A DNA stretch of 64,000 nt, taken from positions 7,130,001 to 7,194,000 of the forward strand of contig CM068748.1 of the NCBI GenBank assembly GCA_035084275.1, given 5' to 3'. Origin of the DNA: Hydrolagus colliei (Eukaryota). This document shows, piece by piece, positions 1 through 14,212 of this stretch. Within the stretch, counting starts at the first letter, position 1. Every line of letters begins with the position of its first letter. The notes below the pieces were generated by a model. That model did not search any database and was not told the DNA's origin. It saw only the letters and a list, made by a program, of their open reading frames with translations. The position numbers were made by a program, and so were the translations under genes.

Positions 1-1117
1 TGTGGTTTACTGATTTAATTGCACAGTTGGTTTCTATGCTTAGAGTTGTAAATGCTATTGCTCTCTCAAAAATGTTAGGGTCACTTTTGAATATATTAAA
101 CTAGATAGCAGTTTCACCATCCTGTAATTGAACAGTCCGGGGCATGCAATATTACAAATACAGAGGTATAGGCAAACAGTGTACATGAAGAGTGAAAAAT
201 ATTCTGGAATCTGAAATGGCCAATAGATCAGCTGGTCGTCTCCCCCATCAACAAAGCAGGGGAGACTTAAGATGACTGATGTGACTGATACAAGGCTTTC
301 TGGAACCATACCACAACTTAGCTTCAGCAGCCAGGAGCTGGAGTCAGTGGAAGGTTGAGCATACACTAGTCAGACATGAAAAAGAATAATAGCATTGGAA
401 TCTGAAATAAGTTCCTGCTATAAATACAGTAATAACATTTCGAAGAATCGTGCATTGTGCCAGAACTCTTTGACAATTCTATAGACACTGTCTCCAAAAG
501 TAACAGAAGTGCAGAGTTTTCCATTTAAAAAAAAGTTCATCATAAACAGCGCCCTATTTGGACTGGCTGCTAAGCTCAAGTCTGCACTGCAGTGTACACC
601 AATCAATTATTTGCGCGATAAGAAGAGAGTTTCAGGGAAGGGAGACCTGTGGGCATATTTGATCTCATCATTCTGAAATACCAAGCACTTGTTTATACAC
701 AAGTAAGCTTGCAAGTGTGGAGCATATTCTAGTAGTGCCATGGAGATGCCTATTTTCATATGTTAAACCAAGAGTTTGCCACGATTTTATTACAAATATT
801 TGTTTCCAAACTCTATTATGAATATTTGGATAGTCAAAGGTACTCATCAATGCACGTATTTGCAATCGTCATTGATTTTGCAAATGTGACTCCAATAAGC
901 TAAGAGTTTAGTCATCATGACCAAAGTTACTCCAAAACAGCTGTATATGTTGCTCTTTCTGGGAGTACGGTACAGTTACTTATTTATTATTGAAATGAAG
1001 AAGATCAAAGATACAAATGTTGGTTATGCATTATAAAAGAAACTTGATTGATAAGGTGGAAAGAAAAGCATAAATGTGACTCACAATGTTGTAAGACTTT
1101 CTATAGAATGAAAGTTT

Positions 1118-1363
1118 TTGGGCAAGTTTCTTTACTCTCCACATGCCTAATAATAATCCCTCCAAAAAAAAACACAATAATAAAATTGGTCATTTCAATC
1201 TATGACTGTTTGTGGGGCTCTGCTGTGCTCAATTGGCTGCCACGTTTCACCCACAAAAATACAGTCAATTCAATTTACAGTATATTCTGTGAAGCACTTT
1301 GAGAAGACACGAGGATGTGAAAAGCGCTATATCAAACGCAAGGATTATTATCATTATTATTAT
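1118..1363 (+). mobile_element. 5'-truncated Deu-core SINE with L2-like tail
   Basis: core ctgtttgtggg..ctgctgtgc.caattggctgcc; tail aaagcgctatatcaaacgcaag + (TAT)n; same family as the copy at 14213. Confidence 0.85.
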
Positions 1364-1569
1364 GAAGCAACTAGGTTAGAAATTATTTATGAAACATAAG
1401 AGCCATATTGCATGCACTGGCGTAAATGTATCAAGTGGATTAGCTGCAGGTCTGCGCTGCTGTGATCTATGAAGAACCATTCGGCACATCTAACTGTTCA
1501 GGTGCCAGAACATCTTCATCGTCTGCTCCTTATCTGAATTTTCAAGACAACGTTCAGAGAATTGACTAA

Positions 1570-2190
1570 AGCTCCCCAATTGCCAAGTGGATAAAGGCAC
1601 AGTGTATTACAGTACAAAGCAACACCAACTTCCATTAGTTTGCAATGCAATGCAAATCCTGGGATTAGTTAACTGATCGTAGCCAGAGAGATAACTGGGG
1701 CTCTACAAACATTTACAATTAGGAGAGAGATATCCACCAGGATTTCTGTTTATGATCACTATTTAGAGAACCCTACTGCAAGCATGTGCATATATGAATA
1801 TTAAAGGGAGAAATTTCACATAGATCACCTAGGTCAAAGCTTACATTTTTTTCTTAGTGTTTCACAACATTCAGTGTATGGAAAATCCGCAAAGGCATTA
1901 TGAAGCTGTTTTTTTGTAAATTCATTAAGGATCTGCCGAAAAACAGCTTCGTGATAAGTGAATTTAAGAAATTTCCATTTCTGCAGCCTATGAAATGCTA
2001 TGAAAATGGGGTAGGTATGTCTAGACTCAGGTTAAATTTCTTCCCTGAGGCTCATCAGGATTGGATTTGGATGTGATGTCCCACATAGTCCAATAGCCTA
2101 CTAACGCTTGCTTTCTAATCTCACCAAGAATAACAGCACTTGAACAAGCTACCAAAGGCCAGTGGGTGATTGTGGAACCATACTTCCCAG
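1570..2190 (+). mobile_element. Old degraded SINE-like element split by a fold-back insertion
   Basis: pieces ~1570-1803 and ~2050-2190 resemble segments of the repeats at ~35970-36145 and ~38285-38525. Confidence 0.45.
1806..2045. mobile_element. Fold-back MITE-like element (GGG...CCC ends)
   Basis: ends gggagaaattt / aaatttcttccc; internal inverted repeat 1898-1913 / 1939-1954 shares the same axis (~1926). Confidence 0.6.
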
Positions 2191-4182
2191 TTGATAGAGT
2201 CAATCACCTTCTGGTGATGAGAGGAGAGAAATTTGGAAGAGAATAATGGTAGAGATAGAAAATATTTAAGGTACTTGAAGATAATTGCTCACTGAAAATC
2301 AGAAATTCTGCCCTTAGTCTATTCTTCTTGTGCAGAATGGTTGGTTTTACAATTCTAAATAGTTTGGAATCGCAGTTTCTCTGTGGTCTGATTTTGTACC
2401 AAACATTCAAATAGATGTACTGATAGTTCAACCAAAATGGAACTGAAAATTGTACAAAAAAGTCAGGGTAACTAAACAATATTATACGTGTTATGGGAGC
2501 CTTTGAGGCTTTTTAAACAAAATTCTTCTGGAGTCTTATAAAATATTGATGGAATGCCAAGTACAGTATTGCACACGGTGTAATTCATGGGAACGCCATT
2601 GGGTTTCAGAGCTTTGCCAAAAAAGCAGAGACATGAAGGGTGAAGGATCATAAGAGTAGAAATTAAACATGACAGATAAAAATTCAGCTTCTGAGTATAA
2701 ATGTGTTGAAGAATTCTGCTTTGAAAATTCAAGAGAAATTCTGAATCAAAAGGTATTCAAATAAGGTGCCAACAGCCAATTATTCCTCTTTCTAGTGTGG
2801 CATAGTGTCTCTTTGTTTACAGATGTGAGACACGGTGTTGCTTTGCCGCCCCATTCAAATCCGGCAGATGTAGATATAATGTGGGTGGTCCTGCTGTAGA
2901 TTTAATTTGATTTTGTTCATTGAGATAGTAGAGATAGTAGTAGAGGTTTACCTTAATATTAGATTTAGATGTTGTTCTGTTTTATGTGGAGTGTGTAGAG
3001 GCGTTTATTGGGATCATAATATGTCTGCATGAGATACTATCTATATTGGGTTTTCAGTTTCTCTGTCACTAACAAATTACTAACTATTCATATACTGTAA
3101 TAGAATCATCCAAAGATATACTTCCAAAACATCTGCACAATACTGGTACAGTAGTAAGAAAAATAAATTTGAAACTGTATTATATTTGAAAAAACACAAT
3201 TCTTCCACTTAATTTGGTTAAAACTGGTTCTGATTCCTCAATATTTTCTAACTTGTTCTGGTATTTGTGATCCAAGGCTAGCATTATAATTCTTGCATTT
3301 TGATAATCCTTCCAAAACATCTGGAGCATGCAGATCAGGTCCATTCAGCTCATATGCTGTTTGACTTCATTTCTCATGATTTCTAGAGTTGCAACACTGG
3401 AATCTGCCAACACTGCTCTGACTATGAGCCAAAAATTTGATTATCTGTACTGACCTGAGAATTACATTTTGTGAAATACATTTACTGGAACAAATGACCT
3501 TCCTATGTGTTATATGGAAAAATGTGATACCTTTAGGAAGGAACATTATATTAAAACCTTGCATCAGTTTCTCCAAGTAAAAATATGTCTGAAAATCCGC
3601 AGGATACAACCATGGGAGTAAGTGTTACAAATGATTGAATTTGATCAAAGCATTAATCAATTAAATAGTTTAATACTTTGTATAAATATCCTAAACTATT
3701 ACTATCAGATCTGTTTGGAGTATGATTCAGCAGCTGGGGCCTTTTCCATAAACTGGACCATTTTAAGATCTGGCTGTTTCAGAATTGGCTACTTAATTAA
3801 TTATGGGAGGGGGAAGATTGGTTTATAAAAGTTGCATGGGAGCAGAATCAGTGAGCATGTGGGAATAGAGCAAAACGCTTGTGTTGCAGTGATGAGAGAG
3901 GTTACTTCAGATGAGATAGGCAGGCTGTTTGGGGACTGCTGCACAAGGGCATGGGACTCATATGAGACGCTATGTGGGAACTGCTAAGAGAAGCTATATG
4001 TGTACGCATAAGGCTGGGTGGCCTTCAGAAGGTAAGATCTAGTGATGCCATTGCTCTTACTGTAAAAGGGGCACTCAAAAGCCACAGGGTTTGATTTTTT
4101 ATTCTGCTGAGTGTATTTCCTTTAGTGTAGGATTTGAATTTCTTCTTTGCTGGCCAAAAATCCCCGAAAGGGGGATTTTTTC

Positions 4183-4341
4183 ATCGCTGTTAGTGGGGCA
4201 TCGCTGTACACAATTTTGCCTACATTTGTCTACAAATAAGCAGTCACTCCCGTTCCACAGTAAATCCTGTGGGGTGCTTTGAGATGTCCTTCTGATGTAT
4301 TAGGGAGCTATATCAAATGCAAGAATGATTATTTATTATTA
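4183..4341 (+). mobile_element. Degenerate Deu-core SINE 3' half
   Basis: diverged core plus tail gctttgagatgtcc...gagctatatcaaatgcaag. Confidence 0.6.
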
Positions 4342-6979
4342 TTTGTGTCTTTGATGAAGTGATCTCTGGGTCTTTATTGATACTGCTTCCAGGATTTTTT
4401 GTTTATGCTTTCAATGGGAAATCGGAGAGTCCTCTGCAAATTGAAATGTTATAGATGACAGTATGAAAAGGGTATATGAATCTCAGCCATGTACCTTGGA
4501 GAGGTGCGCAGAGTGAAAAGCAGATTCCGTAATATTCTGTGTAATCTGTTTCATGAGAATGCCCCAAGAGCCTAATATTGAATTCAACCTGTCAAGGCTT
4601 CATTCTGAAGTAGAAAATCACATATTTAAGCAAGGCAATTCTTAAGAGCACCTAGTTATATTTCTGGCGTCTGTGTGTCTGTATGTAGAGAAAGGAACTG
4701 TTTTGTTTGGTGTTATTCTAAGCAAGATTTCAACTTCTATTGGGAGATTAATATCCATGTCGAGATCAAAAAGATCACAGAAAATACTTCAATTCATATC
4801 TCACTGACAAGCTAGAAAATTTATTCTGCAATGCAACCTTTGTACTTGTTTAAATATTGCCGGAGGAGCAATTATTTCACTGTGCTGGCCAGAGACTTTT
4901 TGATTCTTCATAATTTGATTACCTAACCCATTTCCCCAAACCAAGCTTTCCACAAATTGCCTGCAGAACTGGTAATGCTGCATTGGCACCTTGGGTGGCT
5001 CTTGCTGAAGAGATGGAGGATAGGGAGTGGTTGAAAAGGATTTCAATCCATTGCAGCAGGAGAGGGAGCAGGAAGGAAGATGGGCAAATGGAGGTTGTGT
5101 TATGTATTTTCAAAAGTTCTACGATTGAGTCCTGAGACACACGTTTCTTCCTTGTCTGTCAATGATGTTCTACGTTCTCGGTTTAAAAGTACAGAATATT
5201 GCTAATTGAATATGTGTGTTTAGCAGTGAAAATAATGGCACAAGGGATCAAACAACTTATCACACGGTAAACTGCCTGGTGAGAATTCGTGAAATACAGT
5301 ACCTCTTACTCAGAAGAAGATATTTGGGAGAGTAGTGGTGAGTTTTATGAGTGGTTAATGTTCCCTGAGTGATTCTATATACCATTCTAAACTTGAACAT
5401 TTTAATGGATGAAAATATAATCGTAAAAGTTTTAAAACATGCACATCTTTTTAAAAAAAACTAGCACGTGGGACAGAAATTACTTATCTAAATCAGATGT
5501 AATTTGTGTTGTTGGGGATGTGATGTGTGAACTTTGACTTGAATTATGTAATATCTGAAGGAAGGACATTAAATCTGTTGATGTAAAAATCCCTTCAATA
5601 GGTATTTATATCATATAATTTGCATAATTCATGTCAAGAAGTGTAACAACAACAACAAAATTACATTGACAGATCACCTTTCACATTGGGAGAATGTCCC
5701 AAGGCGCTGAAAAGGACTCATTCTTTCTACTGGTCACCGAAGAACTCAACAAAGTCTGAACATGACTTCTGGCTAGAAACAAAATAGTCAATGCTAGTCA
5801 ATCAGGCTAAGTTCAGTTTATCACTGCTGCATAGTTGTAAATAGATAGTTAGAATTCCAACCAAAGTTTGATTTCTCATTCAATAAATCCCAGGTCAAAT
5901 AAACACAGATCGTCATCACCAATCTACCTTGTAATTTGGCAAGCCTGCATAACCACTGATTATGGAATCAATGGTTTTGTTGTTCCCCTGGTAGATGATG
6001 TATGGACTTTAGTACTTGAAGTAGCTCATTTTCATTTTCACGCAGTTAAGATTTTACACAGAAAGATTCTTTCTTTGCCTTTTCAACAATTCAAGCTGAT
6101 GGTATTTTCCAGCCAGATGAAAAAATCCTGAAATTGTTTGGAAACTATCAATTACACCGTTGAACTTGATCGCTTTTTACATTATTAGAGAAAAAGAGGA
6201 AGCGCCACCATTGCAACTACAAACCAAACCTTTTTTGCTACTGTCCAGGAGTTCTTGAGCACAATATCTTGCTGCTGCAATGAATCTTGGTCTGCTGAGA
6301 TATTTAAAAATAGGTAATACATTATTTCTGTTAATATCTGGGAGCCAGGGTATTGTCTTTGATCATTTCTTTATACTTTAGTGTACTTTTATTACACATT
6401 GATCTGGCGCCATCAGATTTATTGAGCCATCTTCCAAAGCCTGTATTAAATTCAAGACCGTTTATATTCTACCTGAAATTTTGGATCATGTATGATAAAC
6501 ACACTTTTTATTCCTCATTCCATGAATGAACAGACCTTACCCTAAAAGCATCAAGTCGTTAAGTAACGGCACTGATTTTGAGAAAGCTCAGGATCAAATA
6601 AATTGAGTAAGTACTGTAACTGTAGCTTTGTTTCTGATTGTAATGATTTTATATTATTGCTTCCTCTTGCCACAGAGTCCTGCTGTAAACACATACTGGG
6701 ATGGTTTAGGCTTTTTGACGTAAGCTTTACTCACAGTTTTACAGTCAAAGGAGCATATTTATAACTTTTCAATCATTTTGGGGGGAAGAGACAATGTAAT
6801 GACATGAATAATTTGAACAGGACGTAGTTCTGTTCCCGCAAATATGAGATTTGTTTTTGCCAAACGATAAGAAGATAGTCGGGAACAAAACAAAAACTCG
6901 TAAAGCTTTTGAGGAGGAGGACAAGTAGATAATCAAGGAACAAATTGAATAACTACTCATGATTTTTACCCAGGAAGGA

Positions 6980-7300
6980 CATTAAGAGCTTGCTATCTAT
7001 CATCTAATACATCATATGAGTACCAGGATTTTTGACATTAACAAACTGGAGGTTCTAGATAGGCTCAAGTGGTTTAAGAATTGAGAAATGAACTACAGCC
7101 ACATTTCCTATATTGACAAAGGAAGAGATTTGTGAAATCAAAGGGGAGATCTTAGGTAACAAGATTTCCCAAAAGACTTTGGACAAAATACCACACAAAA
7201 GCCTCCTTTACAAACTATGGTCACTGGGTATCCGTGGTTATTGATCAATAACTGACTACAGATAAAGAAGCAAGGTGTTGTCTTGAAGGGGATGAACATT
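6980..7300 (+). mobile_element. Highly decayed CR1-type RT fragment
   Basis: frameshifted remnant of the DF.KAFDKVPHKRLL.KL...GIRG motif near 7165-7240. Confidence 0.5.
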
Positions 7301-8799
7301 TGTGGTTCAATATAGATAAATGCAAGCTACAATACAAATGCATATAGGCAGCCAGCCAGTACTGGCCTGGTGTAATCTATTTGTGTTTATTTTTCACCCA
7401 GATATAGTATCTGTCCGGTTGCGAGTGTCAGATTTGGTTGCTGTGTTCCCAAGTTGCACGAACGGGTCTTATAAAGTCTCTAGCATTATAATTCCTTTCT
7501 CAGTGGCAATAAATTAATAGATAAAACGACTTGTGATGTTGAGAACTGAACAACCCAATTATGGCTTATAGTTTAGGTTGTGTCCCATTTTGCTTTTCAA
7601 CTTCACTCAGTCATTTACTTGGCTGTGAACGGTTGATTGACCTTGTTTATCCGTCTTATGTAACCAATGTTGGTTTATGTTTTAGAATGTTTTTAAGACA
7701 TCAAATACAACTTTTTTTCCAGGCACTGCGGCAGCCAATTTGCACACAACAATGTCCCTAAAGCAGCCACAAAATACATAGTCACTACACTTTATTGTAA
7801 ATTGTGTGAAGCACTTGGACACATTGTGGTAATGTGAAAAGCACTATATCCAATTAATTTTTTTTAATGGTACTACTGTTATATTCTCCTAGTTTATAGC
7901 TATTCCCATTAAGATACTGTATTTGAAGTGTTCTGAGACGCCGTCCAGTGTGGAGGGCGCTATATAAATCAAAATTGTTGTTATATTGACATCATCTAAA
8001 ATTAATAGATTTAAAAAAAAAAAAAAATCTTAATTTTTATTTTGTTTGCTTCCTTCTACAGAGAACTTTAAACCTGGCTGTTTCTGGAGTTAAGTTCTGT
8101 AGTTGACTTGCACAAATAATAAGTTAAGATTGATTTAGCAATGAATAACACTAGAGCACTGCTGCGCAGATCATCACAAGGAGGTGGTTTAAAGATCAGG
8201 TCCATATGTATCAAAAGTGTCTCGGGCAAGTTAATGCAGTCTTTGTCTTCATTTGTTGCTTAAGTGTTCACAGGTGATCTAATGGACCTCTCCAAAAACA
8301 TTAAAAGGTTTTTTTATGTAAGAAATTAGACAATCCTGCAGCCGGATCAATGCAATAAAGAGTGGAACATGTACTATCAATATCCACGAGATCATCTGTT
8401 TCTTGTCTCTTATATGTACACACAATGTTTAATACAGTGAAGTTAAACTACTAGCTATGTACAGTCTAGAAACATGATTTTGACAATCTCAACTGGGTAC
8501 AAGAACAAATGGTGATTAATTAAGAGCAGCAGAACAGCACCAGCTGTGGTAGTGACTTACATGTGGCCTCTTTCTTTCCAGTAAATTCTTCCCACTTGCA
8601 TCTATAGAAGCAATTTTATGCAATATTCTTTTATTGGTGACTGAAGGATCCATTTTACTGGATTAAAAATTCAGCAGGAGTATTTTCAAAGAGAGGTACA
8701 GTGCACAGATTTTTGTTGCCAACAATTTTATAGAGTAGAATTGAATGCAGTTTATATTATTTATTCAAACTCTTATTATCTGGAAACTAGTGTAATTAT

Positions 8800-9232
8800 T
8801 ATTTCATTTGATTTGGTGTCTTATCGCAATGAAATATCTCAAAGAGCTGCACAGAATTTTCTGTAAAATGTAGCAAACTGTATTTCTAGGCAACACAACA
8901 ACCCATTTACACACTGCAGTGCTTACACACACAGCAATTTTACCTGGAAGATTTTGGCCAGGAAACTAGGAGAATTCCCTTTCTCTCTTTAAAAAGTGCT
9001 GTGCGATCTTTCACGCCCACCTGACTAAGCATATAAGATCTTCGTTTAACATCTCATTTGAATGATGGCACCTACGCATTGCAGCACTCCTCCAGCACTT
9101 CAACTGAGTGAACTGAAGGTCAATGTAGATTATAAAATCAAGACCCTGTGTGTGTTTGTGTGTGTTTGGTGGGGTGGGGACGTAACTACAACCTTCTGAT
9201 TTAGAAACGAGAGTGCTACTAATTAAGCCAGA
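8800..9232 (-). mobile_element. Older near full-length DeuSINE (SacSINE1/AmnSINE-like)
   Basis: antisense Deu-type domain (ttggccagga...ggagaattcc...gatctttcacgcccacctga...tttaacatctcat) and tRNA-like head (aaccttctgatttag...gagagtgcta). Confidence 0.65.
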
Positions 9233-11597
9233 TTGACACCATAGCACTGGGACAGTAAATGTTATCGTTGAAGAACTACGTATTGCTAATTCCCAATTTA
9301 TTCTGACTTTCTACTTCACTCAGCCTTCATTAGGTGAGAAGGAGAGATGGAAGTCACAGTTTATTGACAATGGTATATGCATGTGGTTTGTTCCTTCTAT
9401 GCAACTAAGTGGAATCCTGTCTCATGCCCATCTGTCCAGGAACATATATAATGCTAAGATTGAATAATTGGTCCAACTGATCCGTGTCTATTCAAATAAG
9501 GGACAGACTAGAAGAATAAATATGTGTCCATCTTTTTTCTCATCTAAACATATCAAATATAGTGCAAAGAATACATCTTGTTGTGTATCATTTATTTTTC
9601 TTATTGAGGGGCGGGCTGTTTGGAGTGTTTTTTTTGTGTAGATGAAAGAAAAAACAGAACTGAAGTATTTTACCAGTAACTGGTTCACAGAAAGGCTCTC
9701 CAAGGCTCCGATATAGATCTCCAGTAGATACATGCCTAATGTATTTTTAAACTCTGACCGCAAGAGCAGAAGTGTATACACAAGTGATTTTGCAATGAGG
9801 AAATAAAGAACTGGATGGGAACACCTGTTTGAGAGTGAGGTGCCTGAGTGACACAAGCTTCTGGATAAATCTGTTTCCAATTTAGAACCCTGCAATCAAT
9901 AATAATAATCGGAATAGTATTACGGTATATCCTTGCATTTGATATGGGGCTTTATCCTTCATTCCCTGCCCCTCTCACCTCTACCCCATTAGTCATTTCC
10001 TGTTTGTGGCATTTTTACTGTGATACAGGAGCCACATTACTCTTATCCTGAATCCCTGAAATCAAGTCTACAGAGATTAGATCATATCCATCAAAATGTT
10101 ATCATGCAAATTACTTGCGCTCCTCCACTGTTAGTGCTCTGGGAAGCTACTCTACGTGAGGGGCACTATATAAATATGCAAGTTGTCATTGTTGACTCTA
10201 ATCTGCCCAATTACCTAATGCAAAGCCATTATGGGCATTTATTTTACAATGTCATCAACGTTTACTCATTAACTTGGCCAGATACAGTCCCATAGAATTT
10301 GATCAATCAATAATTGTTACTCAATAATCACTAAAAAGGAACAAAAACACACAGTTTGTGGACAAATTTATTTTTTGAGAAGGTTCTGTTTTGTACTTTA
10401 AATCATGGGCCTTCAACCTCTTCTGTGATCTCAGTGTTTTCCCCAATATGAATTCTGTTCTGATGCCAACTTCACATCCTGTCTTCGTGGAAGTATTTAG
10501 TTGTTCATTGGATTCCCTCTGTGTGATGCTGATACCCTGGAAACATAGAAGTAATTGTGGTCAAACACTGGGCTCAGTCGCTACAATTGTAGCTGTACAT
10601 ATTTAGGAAAGGAAGTGATTTGAAGTTCACATTGCTCTGTATTCTTCATGCTTTGTGTGTTCTACTTTAAAAGGACTGTGGATAGTAGTCAGATTAATAT
10701 CCAGTGCTGCTTGAGATCATAACTTCAGCTTTAATGCATAGTGAATAATTGGGCGTATCTTTAAGGGAGGCAATCAACATGAAAACAAAAGTTTGGCATA
10801 CGTATTTGCTTCGGGAATAGAGCAGACAAAGTTTTTCTTCTGATGAAACCCACACAAATACTGGTCAAGGTGTTCACTGAGAGAGTATTACCCATTTAAA
10901 TCAAGACCAGTTTTGATGCAGTGTTATTTATAATACTGTACACTTTCTTCTATGGTATGGAAATGACATAGCGATAGACCCGATGAAGCAAAACGATGCC
11001 TGAAAAGACTGTTCATTTAAAAGATTTCAGATGTCATTTGCTTAATCTTAGTGAATATACAGCCTTTCTTATCTTGCCACAGTATATATCTGTTGATTAT
11101 TTTTCTGGCCACAAAGCAAAGGATTCCCACCTGGAAGTGCTTTACTTGATTGTTTCAATCAAAATGCTTCCTTTCATTTTTAAATATGTTTTGCTGGTGT
11201 CAGCATTTTTGCCCTTAGGCAGGTCCAGGTGGACACAATAAACAATTTTGATGCAGTTGCTATGCAACTAGAAAATGGCGAATCTCCATTAAATGATTCA
11301 ATAGAAATACTGTATGCATATCTTTGGCGTGGGGGTAGGGCAAGGGAAGGAAAGGTTTCGTCCATAAAGTGCACAAGACTAATAATACATGTCCCTAATT
11401 CATAAACTATCACTTTAAAAATAGGATTTTTTCTTACAAAAAAAGATCCACAGGCCACCACATCAACAGAAGTGTCCAAGGCAACTGTTACATTTATGTT
11501 GGCTTATTTGAGACTGACCAACAAATGGAAACAGTTTATTTATGTCCATTCTGTTGAAACCTTGCATAATTTTAAACACCTATCAGGTCACCTCTCA

Positions 11598-11946
11598 AAT
11601 AATAATAATAATCCTTGTATTTGATATAGCGCTTTTTTACATCTTCTAGACCTCTCAAAGTGCTTCATAGAATATACTGTAAAGTGAATTGACTGTATAT
11701 TTTGTGAGCGAAACTTGGCAGCCTGTTGCACACAGCAGTGTCCGACAAACAATCATGGATTGAAGTGACCAATTTCTTATTTTTTTGGAAGGGATTATTA
11801 TCCCTGTAAAAACAACCGGATTCCTACTTACTGTTAGGTAAACAGATGCGAGTGGAGTAAGGAAACTCTCAAATTATTTTGCCCTGTTGGCAGTTGAACC
11901 CAGGTCTCTCACTTGCGAGATGGGTGTTCTAACCACTGAGCTACAC
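11598..11946 (-). mobile_element. tRNA-derived Deu-core SINE, antisense, with small internal insertion
   Basis: reverse complement of the 14213 family: (AAT)n tail, core, head ...ttctaaccactgagctac. Confidence 0.85.
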
Positions 11947-13238
11947 AAAGCCTCATCACCATAGAAAATAACTCTATTAACCTGTCCAATTGTTCTTGAT
12001 ATTTGTCTCATCTCATCTCGTGTAACATCCTATTAAATCTGCACTCTCTCCATTGATTCATCCCTCCCTCCCTTCACCGGAGTCACTAAACAATGAGTTT
12101 CACGTCTTAGCCAGACCATGTTGGGTTAAGTGGCTCTCCATACTTTGGAGGAAGCTATTCCACACTGTTCTTGCACACCTTCTAGCAGCTGGCATTGGTT
12201 TGTTGGCAGAAGAGTCAGTACCAATGAATCGCTTTGTTCTGTCACATATCAAAGCAGACAGAGCTGAGACAGAAACCTTTAAAACATAGAGATTTTAAAT
12301 ATACTGTATCTATAATTATGTTTTCCAATTAGAATATAAACTGTTGATAAAACAGTTTAAAAATATGTAGTATGTGTATGTTATACAGGCAGCTTACCAA
12401 ATTTTATTAGAGAAAGGAGATAGTTTCAGTGATAGGCAAACATTTCAAATCTCAGAACCATCTGTGCTTTTGTGCAGCTGAGTCAGAAACAATTTCCCTT
12501 CATGAAATCCAGTCTCATGATATGTATGTAGGATGCAACTGAACAAACCACTGACATTTTCTGTTTCTTTAAATTGAACTAGTGCCCTCAAAAATGTCTG
12601 TGTCTGAGAGCAACCAGTAGTTTCTGATTTCCGCTATCAATGTGCCTGATTAATTTATGTTGAATGCCTGAAGGGTTTGTTGGAGCAGCAGTTCAGTATC
12701 AAACTGTGAAATTCAGGCCATTGCTGTGTGGGTGGATCGAGCCTAAGACTTTCTTCCTCTTTTCTCTTGATATTGTATTAAGTGCTGAAATCACTATCTA
12801 TTTGGTTTGTGAAATTGTAGCATTTGATATCACTGGTGAAAATGATCACACAACCAAAAGCAGTGAATAGATATTTTGTTGTGAGTTAGGTAACTGGCTT
12901 TGGGGAAGGAGGAGGATTCACCTCTGAGGCAAGTGATATCTATTGACTGCACTTTTAGTCATTGTGATGATTAGTGTATTATCATTGATTTAATAACCTG
13001 CTGTAATTTTTAATCCATGCAAATTACATTTACAACATAGGGCTGTGTGTTTATATACGACTTGTGAGATGTCGTATGTGGTCTGACTAATTCGGTTGGA
13101 TATTAAATATCCCATGGCACCAGTGTGTTGGCCAGCAATCCTCTAAATAAAATTGTTCATTCGCGTCATGGCTGTTTGTGGGACGCTGCAATCAATTTTC
13201 ACATTTTACAATATTTATTGTTGATCCATTTTTCGCAG

Positions 13239-13512
13239 ACTCATAATGCGCTGAGAGGATTTGGTTTGGTGGAGACACGCGATTATCTTCTACATCCTTC
13301 AAGGAAGATCTTGGCTTCAGCAGTGGTCTATAGGAACCGCAGAGGTGGGACCACTACAACGCCGTTTCTCCATGAACTCCGTGGCACTCTGCACGGGACT
13401 GCTGTTTCTGACTACATCACTGGTGCTCTACTAGAGGTTATCACATCCATCGGGGCGAGGACTGTGCTTCTCAGTCCTTTGGGGGGAACCACTGGAAGAG
13501 CGATGCTTAAAG
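13239..13512 (+). CDS. PLCE1: PLCE1 coding exon (~exon 3), N-terminal region: THNALRG...YITGALLEVITSIGARTVLLSPLGGTTGRAMLK
   Basis: tttttcgcag|ACT acceptor, AAAG|gtaagc donor; phase 0 to 1 joins the next exon as MLK-E-RQ; resembles the recalled human YITGSLLEATTSLGAR...GGSTGRMMLKERQ. Confidence 0.88.
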
Positions 13513-14212
13513 GTAAGCACTGAGGGAGTTTTTTTCTAACTGAAATAAAGATGCTGAGAAATAATTAATGAACTTTAATGGTATGATTTTGAAAACTATA
13601 GGAACACTTGTATGAATATCAGTTGTTCAAATGTTTCAAAAAAGTTCCAAAAAATGTAGTAACTACTTGGCTATTCGCAGTAGTTAATTGCTTACCACCT
13701 TATCGTCTTCAATAACACTATCCAGTCCCATTTAACTGTACCTTCTAGTTTCGTTATAATCTCATATTGGTAGCAATCACTCTTGACTTATCTCCATGTT
13801 TTCACTGACTCTTGTCATCATCTGCTGTTTTGGATCTCAGTTGCCATGCAACAAGTTACTATCCTAAAGATCACGATGGCGACATTTGGTCTGATTTTCC
13901 GTGGCGCTGACACAAACTTGGGCACAACATCTGATGCTAATGCATCCATTTCACACTTGAGTGTGAACTATCATTTTCTCCTTCTCTGAGTGAATTCCAC
14001 TTCGTGAATGAGGCACGACTTCCATCAGACATTTTATTTGATATGATGGGGATGGAAACATAATAGGGAAAAGACTGTTTCTGCTCTATGATTTTTCTCT
14101 GCTGTGTATTTGTTTGTGTGCATCAACAACAATAACTTGTACAGTACTTATATAGCGGAGGGTAGCAATATAAATAAAATATTGTATAAATAAAAACATC
14201 CCTTAAATAAAA

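Noticed and set aside
1-700. End of the large upstream PLCE1 coding exon
   Set aside because: No long + strand frame or PLCE1-like peptide ending in a donor; that exon is probably upstream of the window.
3121-3323. 15-bp direct repeat cttccaaaacatctg at 3121 and 3309
   Set aside because: Short, with no identifiable element between the copies; cannot separate an old target duplication from chance.
10975-11015. Penelope-type hammerhead ribozyme (ccgatgaagc...gcctgaaa)
   Set aside because: The core reads CCGAUGA rather than CUGAUGA and I could not build stems I and III; at most a dead remnant.
12664-12895. ORF MPEGFVGAAV... as a PLCE1b-like first exon
   Set aside because: It hits a stop before any convincing in-phase donor, and resemblance to the mammalian 1b peptide is negligible.
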